NCBI GenBank assembly: GCA_034717975.1
Contig: JAYEMF010000114.1
Location: forward strand, 1-32,292
Reading direction: 5' to 3'
DNA from: Campylobacterota bacterium
Lineage (GTDB): Bacteria > Campylobacterota > Campylobacteria > Campylobacterales > Sulfurimonadaceae
DNA: 32,292 nucleotides
The translations under genes and the position numbers were made by a program. This document shows, in pieces, positions 8,231 to 18,007 of the stretch. The notes beneath the pieces are model-generated. The model was not told where the DNA came from, searched no databases, and saw only the letters and a program-made list of their open reading frames with translations. Numbering within the stretch: the first letter of the stretch is position 1; every line of letters starts with the position of its first letter.

Positions 8231-8264
8231 GAAGTTATGCCGGAGGCATGACTTTAGAGAGTAA
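8216..8264 (+). repeat. Dispersed ~49-bp palindromic element, homologous to 3036-3084 and 3143-3191 (minus strand)
   Basis: 41/49 identity by manual ungapped alignment; central hairpin AAGTTATGCC-GGA-GGCATGACTT. Confidence 0.85.
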
Positions 8265-8285
8265 CATAGCATCAATGATAGATAA

Positions 8286-8305
8286 ATTCCCGTAAGTACG
8301 GGAAT
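8286..8305. terminator. Hairpin between convergent genes
   Basis: ATTCCCGT-aagt-ACGGGAAT, a perfect 8-bp stem. Confidence 0.5.
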
Positions 8306-8339
8306 CTGATTTTCCTTCTCTTCCTCTTTTTACCTTCTG

Positions 8340-9461
8340 CTATGCCTTATAATCACTAAGTGACTTTTCAACCGTTTCAATATCTTTGATCTGCAGCTGA
8401 TGTGTCGGATGCATCGTCTTGATGATATGGACCACTTCTGTCACGGTAACGCCGTAAGGATCTTTACGGAGCACACTCACCTTTCCGTCACTGCTGATAG
8501 AGATATTGTCCAGCTTCTTTCTCGCATGCTGCATAAAGTAGGTCACAACGACCCGTCCGGTATGCTCTTTTTCAAGGGCAACCAGGATTTTGACTGTATC
8601 TGGAATATCCAGTTCCGGAACCATCTCCTGAAATATCTTTGGCTCCATAAAGCCCAAGTAGACTTTTGTAAAAAGGTCGTGATAGCGTATGAAAGTCGGT
8701 GACTTCATAAAACCAAGGTTTAAGATATGCTTTTGATCAGTCCGTAATTTGCGTAAAATCCAGGTAAGGGTGTCGTAATAGCGAAAAGGTTTAGTCTTGA
8801 TACTCTCAGCACTGACAAGATTTTTGGCCTGGACTCGCTTGAACCTGCGTCGCTTTTTATTTTCCGTCTTGCTCATCCACTCATACACTTTTTTGGCAGA
8901 ATAGGGCTTTGTTAACCATACAGTACAGTAGTCGGGCAATTGGTTAACCCCGGTAGCCCCTTCATTAAGGATCAGAAGTGCCTTGATCTCATAATTTGGA
9001 TAGATCGTTTCCAACAGCGCTTTTTTCTTGCGTAACCTCTTTTTCAGATTACTTACCGACTTAACGAGTGTCATCTCGACAAAATAGAGAACCTTGTCTG
9101 CAAAGATCAGGCCATCAAATTCACCGATCTCATTCCGCTTGGTACGGTAAATGATCTGCCCTTTCCAGTTGACAGAGAGGTTGTTCGGAATCGCTTTTTC
9201 ACGTTTTCGATGCGGCCCCTTGAGGATAAACTCGGTGATCTTGCTGTGTTCACTTGCGTATCGAAGCAGTTTCTCATACATAAAGTTCTCAAACACCTCT
9301 CCCTCAAACGAGCGGTATGCACTGATAAAGGCATTATCATCTTCCTTGATGCCCTTTCGTTTCAGGGCCAAGAGGTGTTTGACATTGTAATCATAATAGA
9401 GCAGGTTGTCTGCTATATCGTTCGGATCCAGATTGGTGATGCTTTCGCTAATTTTCAACAT
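8340..9461 (-). CDS. Hypothetical protein with a PD-(D/E)XK nuclease-like N-terminal region
   Basis: GEVFENFMYEKL ... EIGEFDGLIF ... YFVEMT spacing resembles restriction-endonuclease-like motifs I-III; ATG 9461 overlaps the upstream TAA (TAATG). Confidence 0.6.
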   Translation of the reverse strand: MLKISESITNLDPNDIADNLLYYDYNVKHLLALKRKGIKEDDNAFISAYRSFEGEVFENFMYEKLLRYASEHSKITEFILKGPHRKREKAIPNNLSVNWKGQIIYRTKRNEIGEFDGLIFADKVLYFVEMTLVKSVSNLKKRLRKKKALLETIYPNYEIKALLILNEGATGVNQLPDYCTVWLTKPYSAKKVYEWMSKTENKKRRRFKRVQAKNLVSAESIKTKPFRYYDTLTWILRKLRTDQKHILNLGFMKSPTFIRYHDLFTKVYLGFMEPKIFQEMVPELDIPDTVKILVALEKEHTGRVVVTYFMQHARKKLDNISISSDGKVSVLRKDPYGVTVTEVVHIIKTMHPTHQLQIKDIETVEKSLSDYKA

Positions 9462-11074
9462 TAAATTGTACACTCTTTCGATTTCTTGACCAATATCTTT
9501 GCCACTTCCTCTTTGCCGTTGACAATGACCGATATCGGAAGTCCCCGTAATTTTTGTTTCTCCTCGGATGAGACTATTTTGACAATGATATGTATCCCCT
9601 TGTCATACGCCGTCAGTGCTTCACAGATAAGCTGTTTCTTCTCAGGGTCATCCAGGGTAACGATGACAGAAGTCGCATCTTCAACATGCAAAGCGTGCAA
9701 AATGGCCGGCTTGGACATATCGCCATAATAGATCTCTTCACCGACGCGCTGGGCTTTTCTTACCCGGGCATAGTTGTAATCGACGACCACATGCTCAATT
9801 CCCTCTTCTTGCAGCTGTCTGGCCACCTTTTGACCAACCTTACCATACCCGCACACGACAACATGATTTTTTCGCCCCGCAAGTGCACTCAGGTCACTCT
9901 GTTCTATCTCGCCCTCTTTAAAGATCATGTTTTGCAGCCTGCGCCGGTTGGAGAGCATAAACGGTGTGGCGATCATCGAAAGAACAATGACCAGAACAAG
10001 CAACTGTGATAGATCCGGCTCAAGCAGATCGTTAGCAGAAGCAAGTGCAAAGATGGCAAAAGAGAACTCACCAACCTGCGCCAGAGTAACCGCTGTTTTA
10101 AAGCTGGTCACCTGCTTGGAGCTAAGCAGTATAACCCCGTGGATAATTGCCCCCTTGATAAACAATATTATGGCAAACAGAGCAACAATCTCGCCAACAT
10201 GGGCAAAGAAGAAGGCCAGATCGATCTTCATTCCTACCGTCACAAAAAAGACGCCAAGCAGAAGATCTTTGAATGGTGCGATATCGGCCTCAACTTTATG
10301 TAGATAGCGGGTTTCGGCAATAATCATCCCGGCGACAAAAGCACCCAGCGAGTAGGTAAACCCTGCATAGTGTGCCAACAGCGACGCCCCCACCACAATA
10401 ACAAGCACCGAGCCTAAAAAAAGCTCCTCAACCTTACTGTCTGCCGAAAAGTGCAATAGCCAGTTCATCACTCTCTTACCGACGACAAAGAGCAGGCCGA
10501 TGACGACTACCGCACTGACAGCTGTCTCCAGTAAGACAAGTTTCAGATCATCGCCATCACTTGCCAAAAAACCTATCATGATCAAAATAGGGATCACGGC
10601 AATATCCTGAAAGATTAAAATACCAGTGGCGCGGCGTCCGTAAGGAGCATAGATCCCTTTGTTCTGCTTCAGATAAGTCAAGACGACTGCCGTCGATGAG
10701 AGTGCCAGGGCAGAGGCGATAATCAGTGATGATTTCAGTCCAATATCGAAAAGATAATAAGATGCCAGGTAGAAGAACACCGCACTGATACCCACCTGAA
10801 GTGCCCCATTAATGAATACAAGTTTTTTCATCTGTCTCAACGTACTCAATGACATCTCAAGTCCGATGGTAAACATCAAAAAGACAATCCCAAACTCGCC
10901 AACCATCTCCAGAGAGTGGGAGTTCTTGACCTCATGCAGATCAAAGAGGTAGACAATCACTGTTCCCGTAATAATATAACCAATAATCTGTGACACACCC
11001 AGACGCTTCAAGAACAGATTGATAACAATAGAAATGCCCAATGCAGCAATAACATATAAAAGTGCGTTTTCCAT
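9461..11074 (-). CDS. Cation:proton antiporter, CPA2/Kef family, with C-terminal TrkA-N (KTN) domain
   Basis: EFGIVFLMFTIGLE, LSSTAVV, LIFQDIA, LAQVGEFSF and VVCGYGKVG. Confidence 0.93.
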   Translation of the reverse strand: MENALLYVIAALGISIVINLFLKRLGVSQIIGYIITGTVIVYLFDLHEVKNSHSLEMVGEFGIVFLMFTIGLEMSLSTLRQMKKLVFINGALQVGISAVFFYLASYYLFDIGLKSSLIIASALALSSTAVVLTYLKQNKGIYAPYGRRATGILIFQDIAVIPILIMIGFLASDGDDLKLVLLETAVSAVVVIGLLFVVGKRVMNWLLHFSADSKVEELFLGSVLVIVVGASLLAHYAGFTYSLGAFVAGMIIAETRYLHKVEADIAPFKDLLLGVFFVTVGMKIDLAFFFAHVGEIVALFAIILFIKGAIIHGVILLSSKQVTSFKTAVTLAQVGEFSFAIFALASANDLLEPDLSQLLVLVIVLSMIATPFMLSNRRRLQNMIFKEGEIEQSDLSALAGRKNHVVVCGYGKVGQKVARQLQEEGIEHVVVDYNYARVRKAQRVGEEIYYGDMSKPAILHALHVEDATSVIVTLDDPEKKQLICEALTAYDKGIHIIVKIVSSEEKQKLRGLPISVIVNGKEEVAKILVKKSKECTI

Positions 11075-11181
11075 AAATCTCTTTACAATTTAATAAGTGT
11101 GCATAGTATATAATATCGTCCCATAAAGGTTGGCATACCACACCGCATCAATCATCAATAATATATAACAAGGACTCATTT

Positions 11182-12810
11182 ATGACCAAGTATATCTTCG
11201 TTACCGGTGGCGTTTTAAGCTCTCTGGGTAAAGGGATCACGGCAGCAAGTGTTGGAACCCTTCTAAAACACTCCGGAAAAAATGTCGGTATGCTCAAAAT
11301 CGATCCATACATCAACGTCGACCCCGGTACCATGAGTCCACTTGAGCATGGAGAGGTCTTTGTGACCAAAGATGGGGCAGAAACCGATCTCGATATCGGT
11401 AACTATGAGCGTTTTCTCGATACTGCCTACCTCAAAACCAGTAACTTCACTACCGGTCAGGTCTACTCATCCGTCATCGAGCGCGAACGCGCCGGCGGCT
11501 ACCTTGGTCAGACCATTCAGGTTGTCCCGCATATTGTCGGCGAGATCGTCGACCGTATCAAAAAAGCGGGTAAAGGGCATGATATCCTTGTTGTCGAACT
11601 CGGCGGAACAGTCGGCGATATCGAAGGTCTTCCGTTTATGGAAGCCGTTCGCCAGATGAAACATGATGATGAAGTCGCAGGTACATTTTTTATCCATGTT
11701 ACCCTCATCCCTTATATCAAAGCCGCCGGTGAGTATAAGAGCAAGCCCACCCAGCACTCCGTTCAGGAACTTCGCCGTATCGGTATCACTCCCCAGATGA
11801 TCATCGCCCGCTCTGAGGGGGCACTGCCAAAAACTTTCAAGAAAAAACTGGCATTCAGCTGTGATGTCAGCCAAGATTGCGTTATCGAAGCCCTTGATGC
11901 ACCGACCATCTATGCTGTTCCGATGAGCTTCCTCTCCCAAAATATTTTGCAGCCGATTGCCAAAGAGCTTGAACTCGGTGAGATCAAGCCGGATATGGAG
12001 CAGTGGGATTCACTGGTCAAAAAGATCGTTGCACCGGCTGAACGGGTCACTATCGGTTTTGTCGGAAAATACCTTGAGCTCAAAGAGTCCTACAAATCGC
12101 TCATCGAGTCACTCATTCACTCCGGAGCCCATCTCGACACCAAAGTCGATATCTGCTGGATAGACAGTGAAGAGATCGAAGCCAAAGGGGCCGAAGCGCT
12201 GCTGCGCGACTGTGACTCGGTCCTGGTTGCCGGCGGTTTCGGGGCACGCGGTGTCGAAGGGAAGATCCAGGCGATCGAGTATGCGCGCGTCAACAAGGTC
12301 CCATATCTTGGCATCTGCCTGGGAATGCAGCTTACGCTGGTCGAGTATGCACGTAATGTTCTTGACTACGAAGATGCCAACTCCATTGAATTTAACCCGG
12401 ATACAACCCATCCGATGATCTACCTGATCGACAACTTTATCAACCAGTCAGGTGACACTGAACTGCGTACCCACAAATCACCGATGGGCGGAACACTTCG
12501 CTTAGGGGAATACCCATGTGAGACCAAAGCCGGTTCACACCTTAGAGCTGCCTACAATGGTGCCGAAATGATCCATGAGCGTCACCGCCACCGCTATGAG
12601 GCCAATCCAACCTATCGTGAAGCGCTGGAGCATGCAGGTATGATTGTCACCGGCGAATCGCACGGGCTGATTGAAACCGTAGAGATCGCGGATCATCCAT
12701 GGTTCCTTGGTGTCCAGTTTCACCCTGAATTCACCTCACGACTGCAGACACCAAATCCGTCTGTCCTGGCCTTTGTCAATGCCACGCTGGAACATGCCAA
12801 AAACGCCTGA
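11182..12810 (+). CDS. pyrG: CTP synthase
   Basis: [43 protein letters not shown] and QFHPEF. Confidence 0.99.
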   Translation: MTKYIFVTGGVLSSLGKGITAASVGTLLKHSGKNVGMLKIDPYINVDPGTMSPLEHGEVFVTKDGAETDLDIGNYERFLDTAYLKTSNFTTGQVYSSVIERERAGGYLGQTIQVVPHIVGEIVDRIKKAGKGHDILVVELGGTVGDIEGLPFMEAVRQMKHDDEVAGTFFIHVTLIPYIKAAGEYKSKPTQHSVQELRRIGITPQMIIARSEGALPKTFKKKLAFSCDVSQDCVIEALDAPTIYAVPMSFLSQNILQPIAKELELGEIKPDMEQWDSLVKKIVAPAERVTIGFVGKYLELKESYKSLIESLIHSGAHLDTKVDICWIDSEEIEAKGAEALLRDCDSVLVAGGFGARGVEGKIQAIEYARVNKVPYLGICLGMQLTLVEYARNVLDYEDANSIEFNPDTTHPMIYLIDNFINQSGDTELRTHKSPMGGTLRLGEYPCETKAGSHLRAAYNGAEMIHERHRHRYEANPTYREALEHAGMIVTGESHGLIETVEIADHPWFLGVQFHPEFTSRLQTPNPSVLAFVNATLEHAKNA

Positions 12811-14419
12811 TGTTCCGCTGCTGGGAAAGCGGCAGCTTCATCAGCTTCTCTATCAACGCTTTGGCGGGGCTTTCAGCCGTCTAAACGATATACCATCACC
12901 CTCCCTCTTAAAAGATGGCCAACGTTCTGCCGAGCGTATCGCTAAAGCTATTCAAAACAGTGAACGGATTACGCTTGTGGGTGATTATGATGTCGACGGT
13001 GTGACTTCTACCGCCATTACCGCACTCTTTTTCAGACAGATCCCCTATCCGCTTGATGTGATCATACCCAACCGCTTCACTGATGGCTATGGCGTCTCCC
13101 CATCTGTTCTTGAGCGTATCGATGCTGACCTGGTCATCACAGTTGACAATGGCATCTCTGCTTTTGAGGCAGCCAGACTCTGCAAGGAGCGGGGTATCGA
13201 CCTGATCATCACCGATCACCACACCCCCGCAGATGAACTGCCTGATGCCTATGCCATTGTCAACCCTAAGCTCACAGACTGTCCCTACCCGTTTAAAGAG
13301 ATATGTGGAGCACAGGTGGCCTGGCTTTTGATGGGACTTGTCAAGCAGGTACTTAAGCTCACTATTGATATGAAACAGTTTATGGAACTGCTGGCATTGG
13401 CAATCGTAGCCGATGTGATGCCGCTTATCGGGATCAACCGTGCTCTTGTTCAGGCTGGTCTGCAGCAGATGCAGCTAAGTCAACGCCCCTCATCCGTTAT
13501 CATCAAGGAGTTCCTGAACAAATCACGCCTCTCCTCGGAAGATATCGGTTTTCAGATTGCACCCCGTATCAATTCAGCCGGTCGGCTTGAAGATGCTTCA
13601 ATCGCTCTTCAGTTTCTGACTGCCGAAGATGAAGCATCTGCATTTAAACAATTTGAGCTGCTCGATCAACTGAATAAACTGCGCAAAGCAACCGAAGCAC
13701 AGGTAACCGAAGAGGCAGTTTCCCATGTCAACCCTGAAGACCTGATCATTGTTGCAGCGGCCGAGCATTGGCATGAAGGTGTTGTCGGTATTGTCGCCGC
13801 ACGTCTGGTGCAGCGTTTTGGAAAACCTGCCATTGTTCTAAGTATTGAAAATGGCCGGGCAAAAGGAAGTGCCCGCAGTGTCGGTGAGGTCGACATCTAT
13901 GAGCTGATAAAATCCCAATCTGATCTACTCGAAAAATTTGGCGGGCATAAGATGGCAGCAGGGCTCTCACTGAATGCAGAGAACCTTGACAGTTTCCGCA
14001 ATCATATAAACAGGAAGGCTGAAGCAGTGGACCCCGATGACTTTCTCCCAAAAGAGGAGATTCTGGGTCAACTCGAGCCCAATACCATCGATTTTGAGCT
14101 GCTTGACATTCTGGAGCAGTTCGAACCTTATGGCGAAGCCAATCCAAGGCCCCGTTTTCTGATAAGAGACGCTGAAGTTGTTGGGATTAAACTCTTTGGG
14201 AGTGATCGTTCACACAGCCGCATCAATCTGCGTCTCTTTTCACATGAACGCCGGACACATGAACTACTTGCATTCAGGGAGGTATTTGCTATGCCTGATG
14301 ATCGAAGAGTGACCTGTAGCTACACTATTAATAAAAATGAGTTTAACGGAAAAACCTCCCTTCAGATGATGCTCGAACGCATCTACACAAACCCCGGCAG
14401 ACTCCCCTCACGAAAGTAA
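12794..14419 (+). CDS. recJ: Single-stranded-DNA-specific exonuclease RecJ
   Basis: [41 protein letters not shown] and PYGEANP; start placed at ATG 12794 rather than 12707. Confidence 0.95.
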   Translation: MPKTPDVPLLGKRQLHQLLYQRFGGAFSRLNDIPSPSLLKDGQRSAERIAKAIQNSERITLVGDYDVDGVTSTAITALFFRQIPYPLDVIIPNRFTDGYGVSPSVLERIDADLVITVDNGISAFEAARLCKERGIDLIITDHHTPADELPDAYAIVNPKLTDCPYPFKEICGAQVAWLLMGLVKQVLKLTIDMKQFMELLALAIVADVMPLIGINRALVQAGLQQMQLSQRPSSVIIKEFLNKSRLSSEDIGFQIAPRINSAGRLEDASIALQFLTAEDEASAFKQFELLDQLNKLRKATEAQVTEEAVSHVNPEDLIIVAAAEHWHEGVVGIVAARLVQRFGKPAIVLSIENGRAKGSARSVGEVDIYELIKSQSDLLEKFGGHKMAAGLSLNAENLDSFRNHINRKAEAVDPDDFLPKEEILGQLEPNTIDFELLDILEQFEPYGEANPRPRFLIRDAEVVGIKLFGSDRSHSRINLRLFSHERRTHELLAFREVFAMPDDRRVTCSYTINKNEFNGKTSLQMMLERIYTNPGRLPSRK

Positions 14420-14537
14420 AATAATTCCTATTTATCATCAGCATAATTCTGAGAAATATTATAATAAATATAACGTGAATAAAGTAAACATATTGCCACT
14501 ATATACATAGGAATAACCTGTTTTTTATCACCAATGA

Positions 14538-14565
14538 TTGACTTTAAGATTCCAATAAGTATAAT
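14538..14565 (+). promoter_or_regulatory. Sigma70-type promoter for sqr
   Basis: TTGACT (14538-14543), 16-nt spacer, TATAAT (14560-14565). Confidence 0.6.
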
Positions 14566-14595
14566 CGACCTCATACTAAAGTGAGGAAGAAGAAT

Positions 14596-16068
14596 ATGAA
14601 GAATGACGAACTGCTAAACGAGATCTTCTCTGAAATGGAAGATCAAGAAGGCAAAGTTTCACGCCGTGACGCGATGAAACTGATGGCTGTCTCTCCACTG
14701 GCCGCTTCAGCAATTGCCGGAGTAACAGCTGGTGCAACTGAAGCCAAAGCATCAAGCGCGACAGGTAAGATCCTGATCGTTGGTGGCGGACTGGCCGGTA
14801 TGGCAACAGCAGCCAGACTGACCAACAACCTTTCCAACCCGGATATTACGGTAATCGAGCCAGATCCTAAATCTGTCTCGTATCAGCCGGGTCAGACCCT
14901 TGTGGGAGCTGGTATCTGGGACGGAGACGCTATTGTCTATAACCGTGATGATTTCCTGCCAAGCGGTGTTACACTGATCAAAGATAAAGTTGTTGAGTTT
15001 GATGCTGACAACAACAAGGTAAAAACTGCCGGTGGCAAAGAGGTCAGTTACGACTATATGGTCATCGCTACCGGACTTATGCTGAATTATGCTGCCATCA
15101 AAGGGCTCGATGGGGTAATCACTTCTTCAGGTACAGACAATAGTGCCGTCAAGCAGAAAGTCGGTAAAGACGGTGTTCACTCTATCTATTTTCAAGATGG
15201 TGCAACTGCTACATGGAAAGGGATCCAAGAGCTGATTGCAAAAGCGAAAACACACACAGGTCCTGAAAAACTGCAGGCACTTTTCACCCACCCGAACACA
15301 CCGATCAAGTGTGGTGGTGCTCCAAAGAAAATCATGTACCTGACACACGCACGTTTAGTAGAAGCGGGTGTACGTGACAAAGTTGAGATGACCTTCCTGC
15401 CAAACGGTGGTAAGATGTTTGGTGTTAAAGAGTATCACGACGCTATTGTCAACCACTTTAAAACAAGAAACTTCAAATGGGAGTACAAAACCAACCTGGT
15501 TGGTATCGATACAGCAAACAAAGTAGCTATGTTTCAAAACCGTTGGACAGAAAAAGGTGAGTATGATGAGGATCTCGAAGAGTATGAGCTGATCGTCAAA
15601 TCAAAAAATATTGAGAAAAAGTACGACTTTATCCATATTACACCACCAATGAAAGCGCCGGCTGAAGTAGCTAATTCACCAATCGGTTCGGGTAAAGGCT
15701 GGGTACCTGTCAAAAAAGAGACTCTTCAGCACGTTAAATTTCCAAATGTTTTCTGCCTTGGCGATGTCGCTGCCGTTCCAATGGGTAAAACCGGCGGTTC
15801 CGCTCGTAAACAGTACGCAGTGCTTGTCGATAACCTTATTGCCACTATGGAAGGACAGAGCAAACTTCCTTCTGCTTATGGCGGATACACGGTTTGTCCA
15901 CTTATTACAAGTATTGGTACGGTTATGCTTGCAGAATTTGACTGGAGTAAGAAACCCACTCCTTCATTCCCGCTTGATCCGACACAAGAGCGCTGGATCT
16001 GGTGGTTACTGAAAGTTTATGCACTTAAACCTATGACTATTTACGGTATGCTTCCGGGCAGAGCGTAA
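14596..16068 (+). CDS. sqr: Tat-exported FAD-dependent sulfide:quinone oxidoreductase-family flavoprotein (type II/SqrB-like motifs)
   Basis: SRRDAMK twin-arginine signal, IVGGGLAG, YQPGQTLVGAG, IKCGGAPKK, VFCLGD, KTGGSARKQ and YGGYTVCP; GAGGA RBS before ATG 14596. Confidence 0.82.
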   Translation: MKNDELLNEIFSEMEDQEGKVSRRDAMKLMAVSPLAASAIAGVTAGATEAKASSATGKILIVGGGLAGMATAARLTNNLSNPDITVIEPDPKSVSYQPGQTLVGAGIWDGDAIVYNRDDFLPSGVTLIKDKVVEFDADNNKVKTAGGKEVSYDYMVIATGLMLNYAAIKGLDGVITSSGTDNSAVKQKVGKDGVHSIYFQDGATATWKGIQELIAKAKTHTGPEKLQALFTHPNTPIKCGGAPKKIMYLTHARLVEAGVRDKVEMTFLPNGGKMFGVKEYHDAIVNHFKTRNFKWEYKTNLVGIDTANKVAMFQNRWTEKGEYDEDLEEYELIVKSKNIEKKYDFIHITPPMKAPAEVANSPIGSGKGWVPVKKETLQHVKFPNVFCLGDVAAVPMGKTGGSARKQYAVLVDNLIATMEGQSKLPSAYGGYTVCPLITSIGTVMLAEFDWSKKPTPSFPLDPTQERWIWWLLKVYALKPMTIYGMLPGRA

Positions 16069-16097
16069 TCAACAGAATTAATCAAGGAGATAAATAA

Positions 16098-16508
16098 ATG
16101 AAAACTATTGCAACTACTATCTTAGGCCTTTCGGCACTCTTTCTTATCACCGGATGTTCTGGTGGCGGAGAGAAACAGCAACCAAAAGAGGTTGTGACTT
16201 ATAAATATTCAACTGCACAGGTTTATACAGATATGTGTGTCAAATGTCACGGTAAGCAGGGTGAAGGTGTTAAAGAACTGAGCGAGCAAACCGGTAAACC
16301 AAAAGGTCCTCCTGTCAATGACCAGGAAGTTTATGAGCTTCAACTCTCTATTACCGATATTAAAAGCGGTGGTCTTGACGCCCAGTCTTCTGGAACTGAC
16401 CATGAAGTAATGGAACACAACTACAAAGCGATCAAAAAGAAAGGAATGGATTACGATACTGACGATATGGCAAATTATATCTATAATAATTTCTATATCA
16501 ACAAGTAA
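16098..16508 (+). CDS. Lipoprotein monoheme c-type cytochrome
   Basis: Lipobox ITGC (Cys20), single CVKCH motif, AAGGAG RBS. Confidence 0.88.
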   Translation: MKTIATTILGLSALFLITGCSGGGEKQQPKEVVTYKYSTAQVYTDMCVKCHGKQGEGVKELSEQTGKPKGPPVNDQEVYELQLSITDIKSGGLDAQSSGTDHEVMEHNYKAIKKKGMDYDTDDMANYIYNNFYINK

Positions 16509-16521
16509 TCATCTTTTACAT

Positions 16522-16542
16522 GCCACCTTTTTACAAGGTGGC
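16522..16542 (+). terminator. Stem-loop after the sqr-cytochrome c pair
   Basis: GCCACCTT-tttac-AAGGTGGC, 8-bp stem with no clear U tract. Confidence 0.45.
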
Positions 16543-16690
16543 GAACCAAACGCCTGCAAACTTCCATAATATCTCCCCGTTTTACTATTTTCATCTTGAA
16601 ACACTAATAATTATCTACAGTTTAATCAAATATATACATAAGATTGTGCTAAACTTATCTATATAATTATAATTTTTTATAAGGTTCTTC

Positions 16691-17821
16691 GTGAATAGAA
16701 AAGAGGGACATGTATTTGTCTGGCCAATTTCCACCCGTATAATCCACTGGATCATCGCATCCTCTTTCACTGCCTCTTTTATTACCTCCTTTACCGAAGA
16801 GTATCTGCACTATCATGTCGCATTTGGCTGGATTTTCGGTGTTATGCTTGGCTACCGTATTATCTGGGGATTTGTCGGTCCGCGTTATGCCACCTTCAAT
16901 ACATTTAAATTCGGGCTAGCCGATCTGGTCTGGTACTTTAAAGAAAAAATTATCAACCGATGGCGTAAGATCCCGGCCGGTCACAACCCCGCTTCAAGCT
17001 GGTTTACTCTTCTGGTGGTCTCTGTCGGTTCAATCATTTCTATCAGCGGTCTGTTGCTCTACGGCATTCAGGAGGGGAAAGGGATGTTCTCTTTCCTGAA
17101 TGACAACTACTATAGCCATATGTTCGTACTGAACGATATCCATATCTACGCTTCCTATTTTCTGGCAGCCTGGGCGGTCATTCATATCACCGGTGTTCTC
17201 GTTGAGCAGTTTTACCATAAAACAAGTATGGTCTTTGCCATGATCACCGGTTTTAAAAGAACGGAAGGTGACGATACTGATGTAACGCCATTTGGACTCT
17301 TCGCTTCTTATGCCTTCATCATCCTCTCTGTGATCGCTTTTATTTACATTGTCAGTACCTATAATAATTTTTTTACCCGAAGCAAATACCCGCTTATCGA
17401 CTATGAAAAAGAGCATAATGTCTACTTTACCGACTGTGGCGACTGCCATAAAATTTACCCGCCGTTTATATTCCCGGAGCGGTCATGGAAACGGATCATG
17501 GATGGTCTCGATGACCACTTTAACGAAGAGATTACGGATCAAAACATCTCCAGAGCCGCCCAGGCATCCATAAGAGAGTATCTGTATGCCAACAGCGCTG
17601 AGCACTCCACCCGTGAAGTAGCCGTCAAAATGCTCAAGTCCATTGGTGAGCATAGACCTAAATCAACCTCAAAAGTGATGTACTGGCGAGAAACCCATGC
17701 CGATATTGACCCTGCTGTCTATAAGCGTAAATCCATCAAAGACAGAGCCAACTGTTCCGCCTGCCACAAGAATTTTGAATATGGAAACCTCGACGATATC
17801 AATATTGAAATACCCGAATAG
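16691..17821 (+). CDS. Cytochrome b (Ni/Fe-hydrogenase b-type family) fused to a diheme cytochrome c (DHC) domain
   Basis: TRIIHW, YRIIWGFVGPRYA, GHNP, IHITGV and AMITG; C-terminal CGDCH...PERSW...LDDHF and NCSACH. Confidence 0.88.
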   Translation: MNRKEGHVFVWPISTRIIHWIIASSFTASFITSFTEEYLHYHVAFGWIFGVMLGYRIIWGFVGPRYATFNTFKFGLADLVWYFKEKIINRWRKIPAGHNPASSWFTLLVVSVGSIISISGLLLYGIQEGKGMFSFLNDNYYSHMFVLNDIHIYASYFLAAWAVIHITGVLVEQFYHKTSMVFAMITGFKRTEGDDTDVTPFGLFASYAFIILSVIAFIYIVSTYNNFFTRSKYPLIDYEKEHNVYFTDCGDCHKIYPPFIFPERSWKRIMDGLDDHFNEEITDQNISRAAQASIREYLYANSAEHSTREVAVKMLKSIGEHRPKSTSKVMYWRETHADIDPAVYKRKSIKDRANCSACHKNFEYGNLDDINIEIPE

Positions 17822-18007
17822 TTTTTACTTACTATCCTTTTTTTCTATACAATCAATAATCACTAAACTATCACATTCTACAAAATAACCTAATTTTATT
17901 TTACTTATTAGATTTTCTATGTATAATGGGTCAATTGCTTATATAAATAGGATAATTATTGTCTTAATTATATTGCTAAGAAATTCTTAAGTTTGAAAGG
18001 GGTGCGC

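Noticed and set aside
12707..12793. Long pyrG/recJ overlap from start 12707
   Set aside because: It lies inside the conserved QFHPEF region of pyrG; ATG 12794 gives an ordinary short overlap
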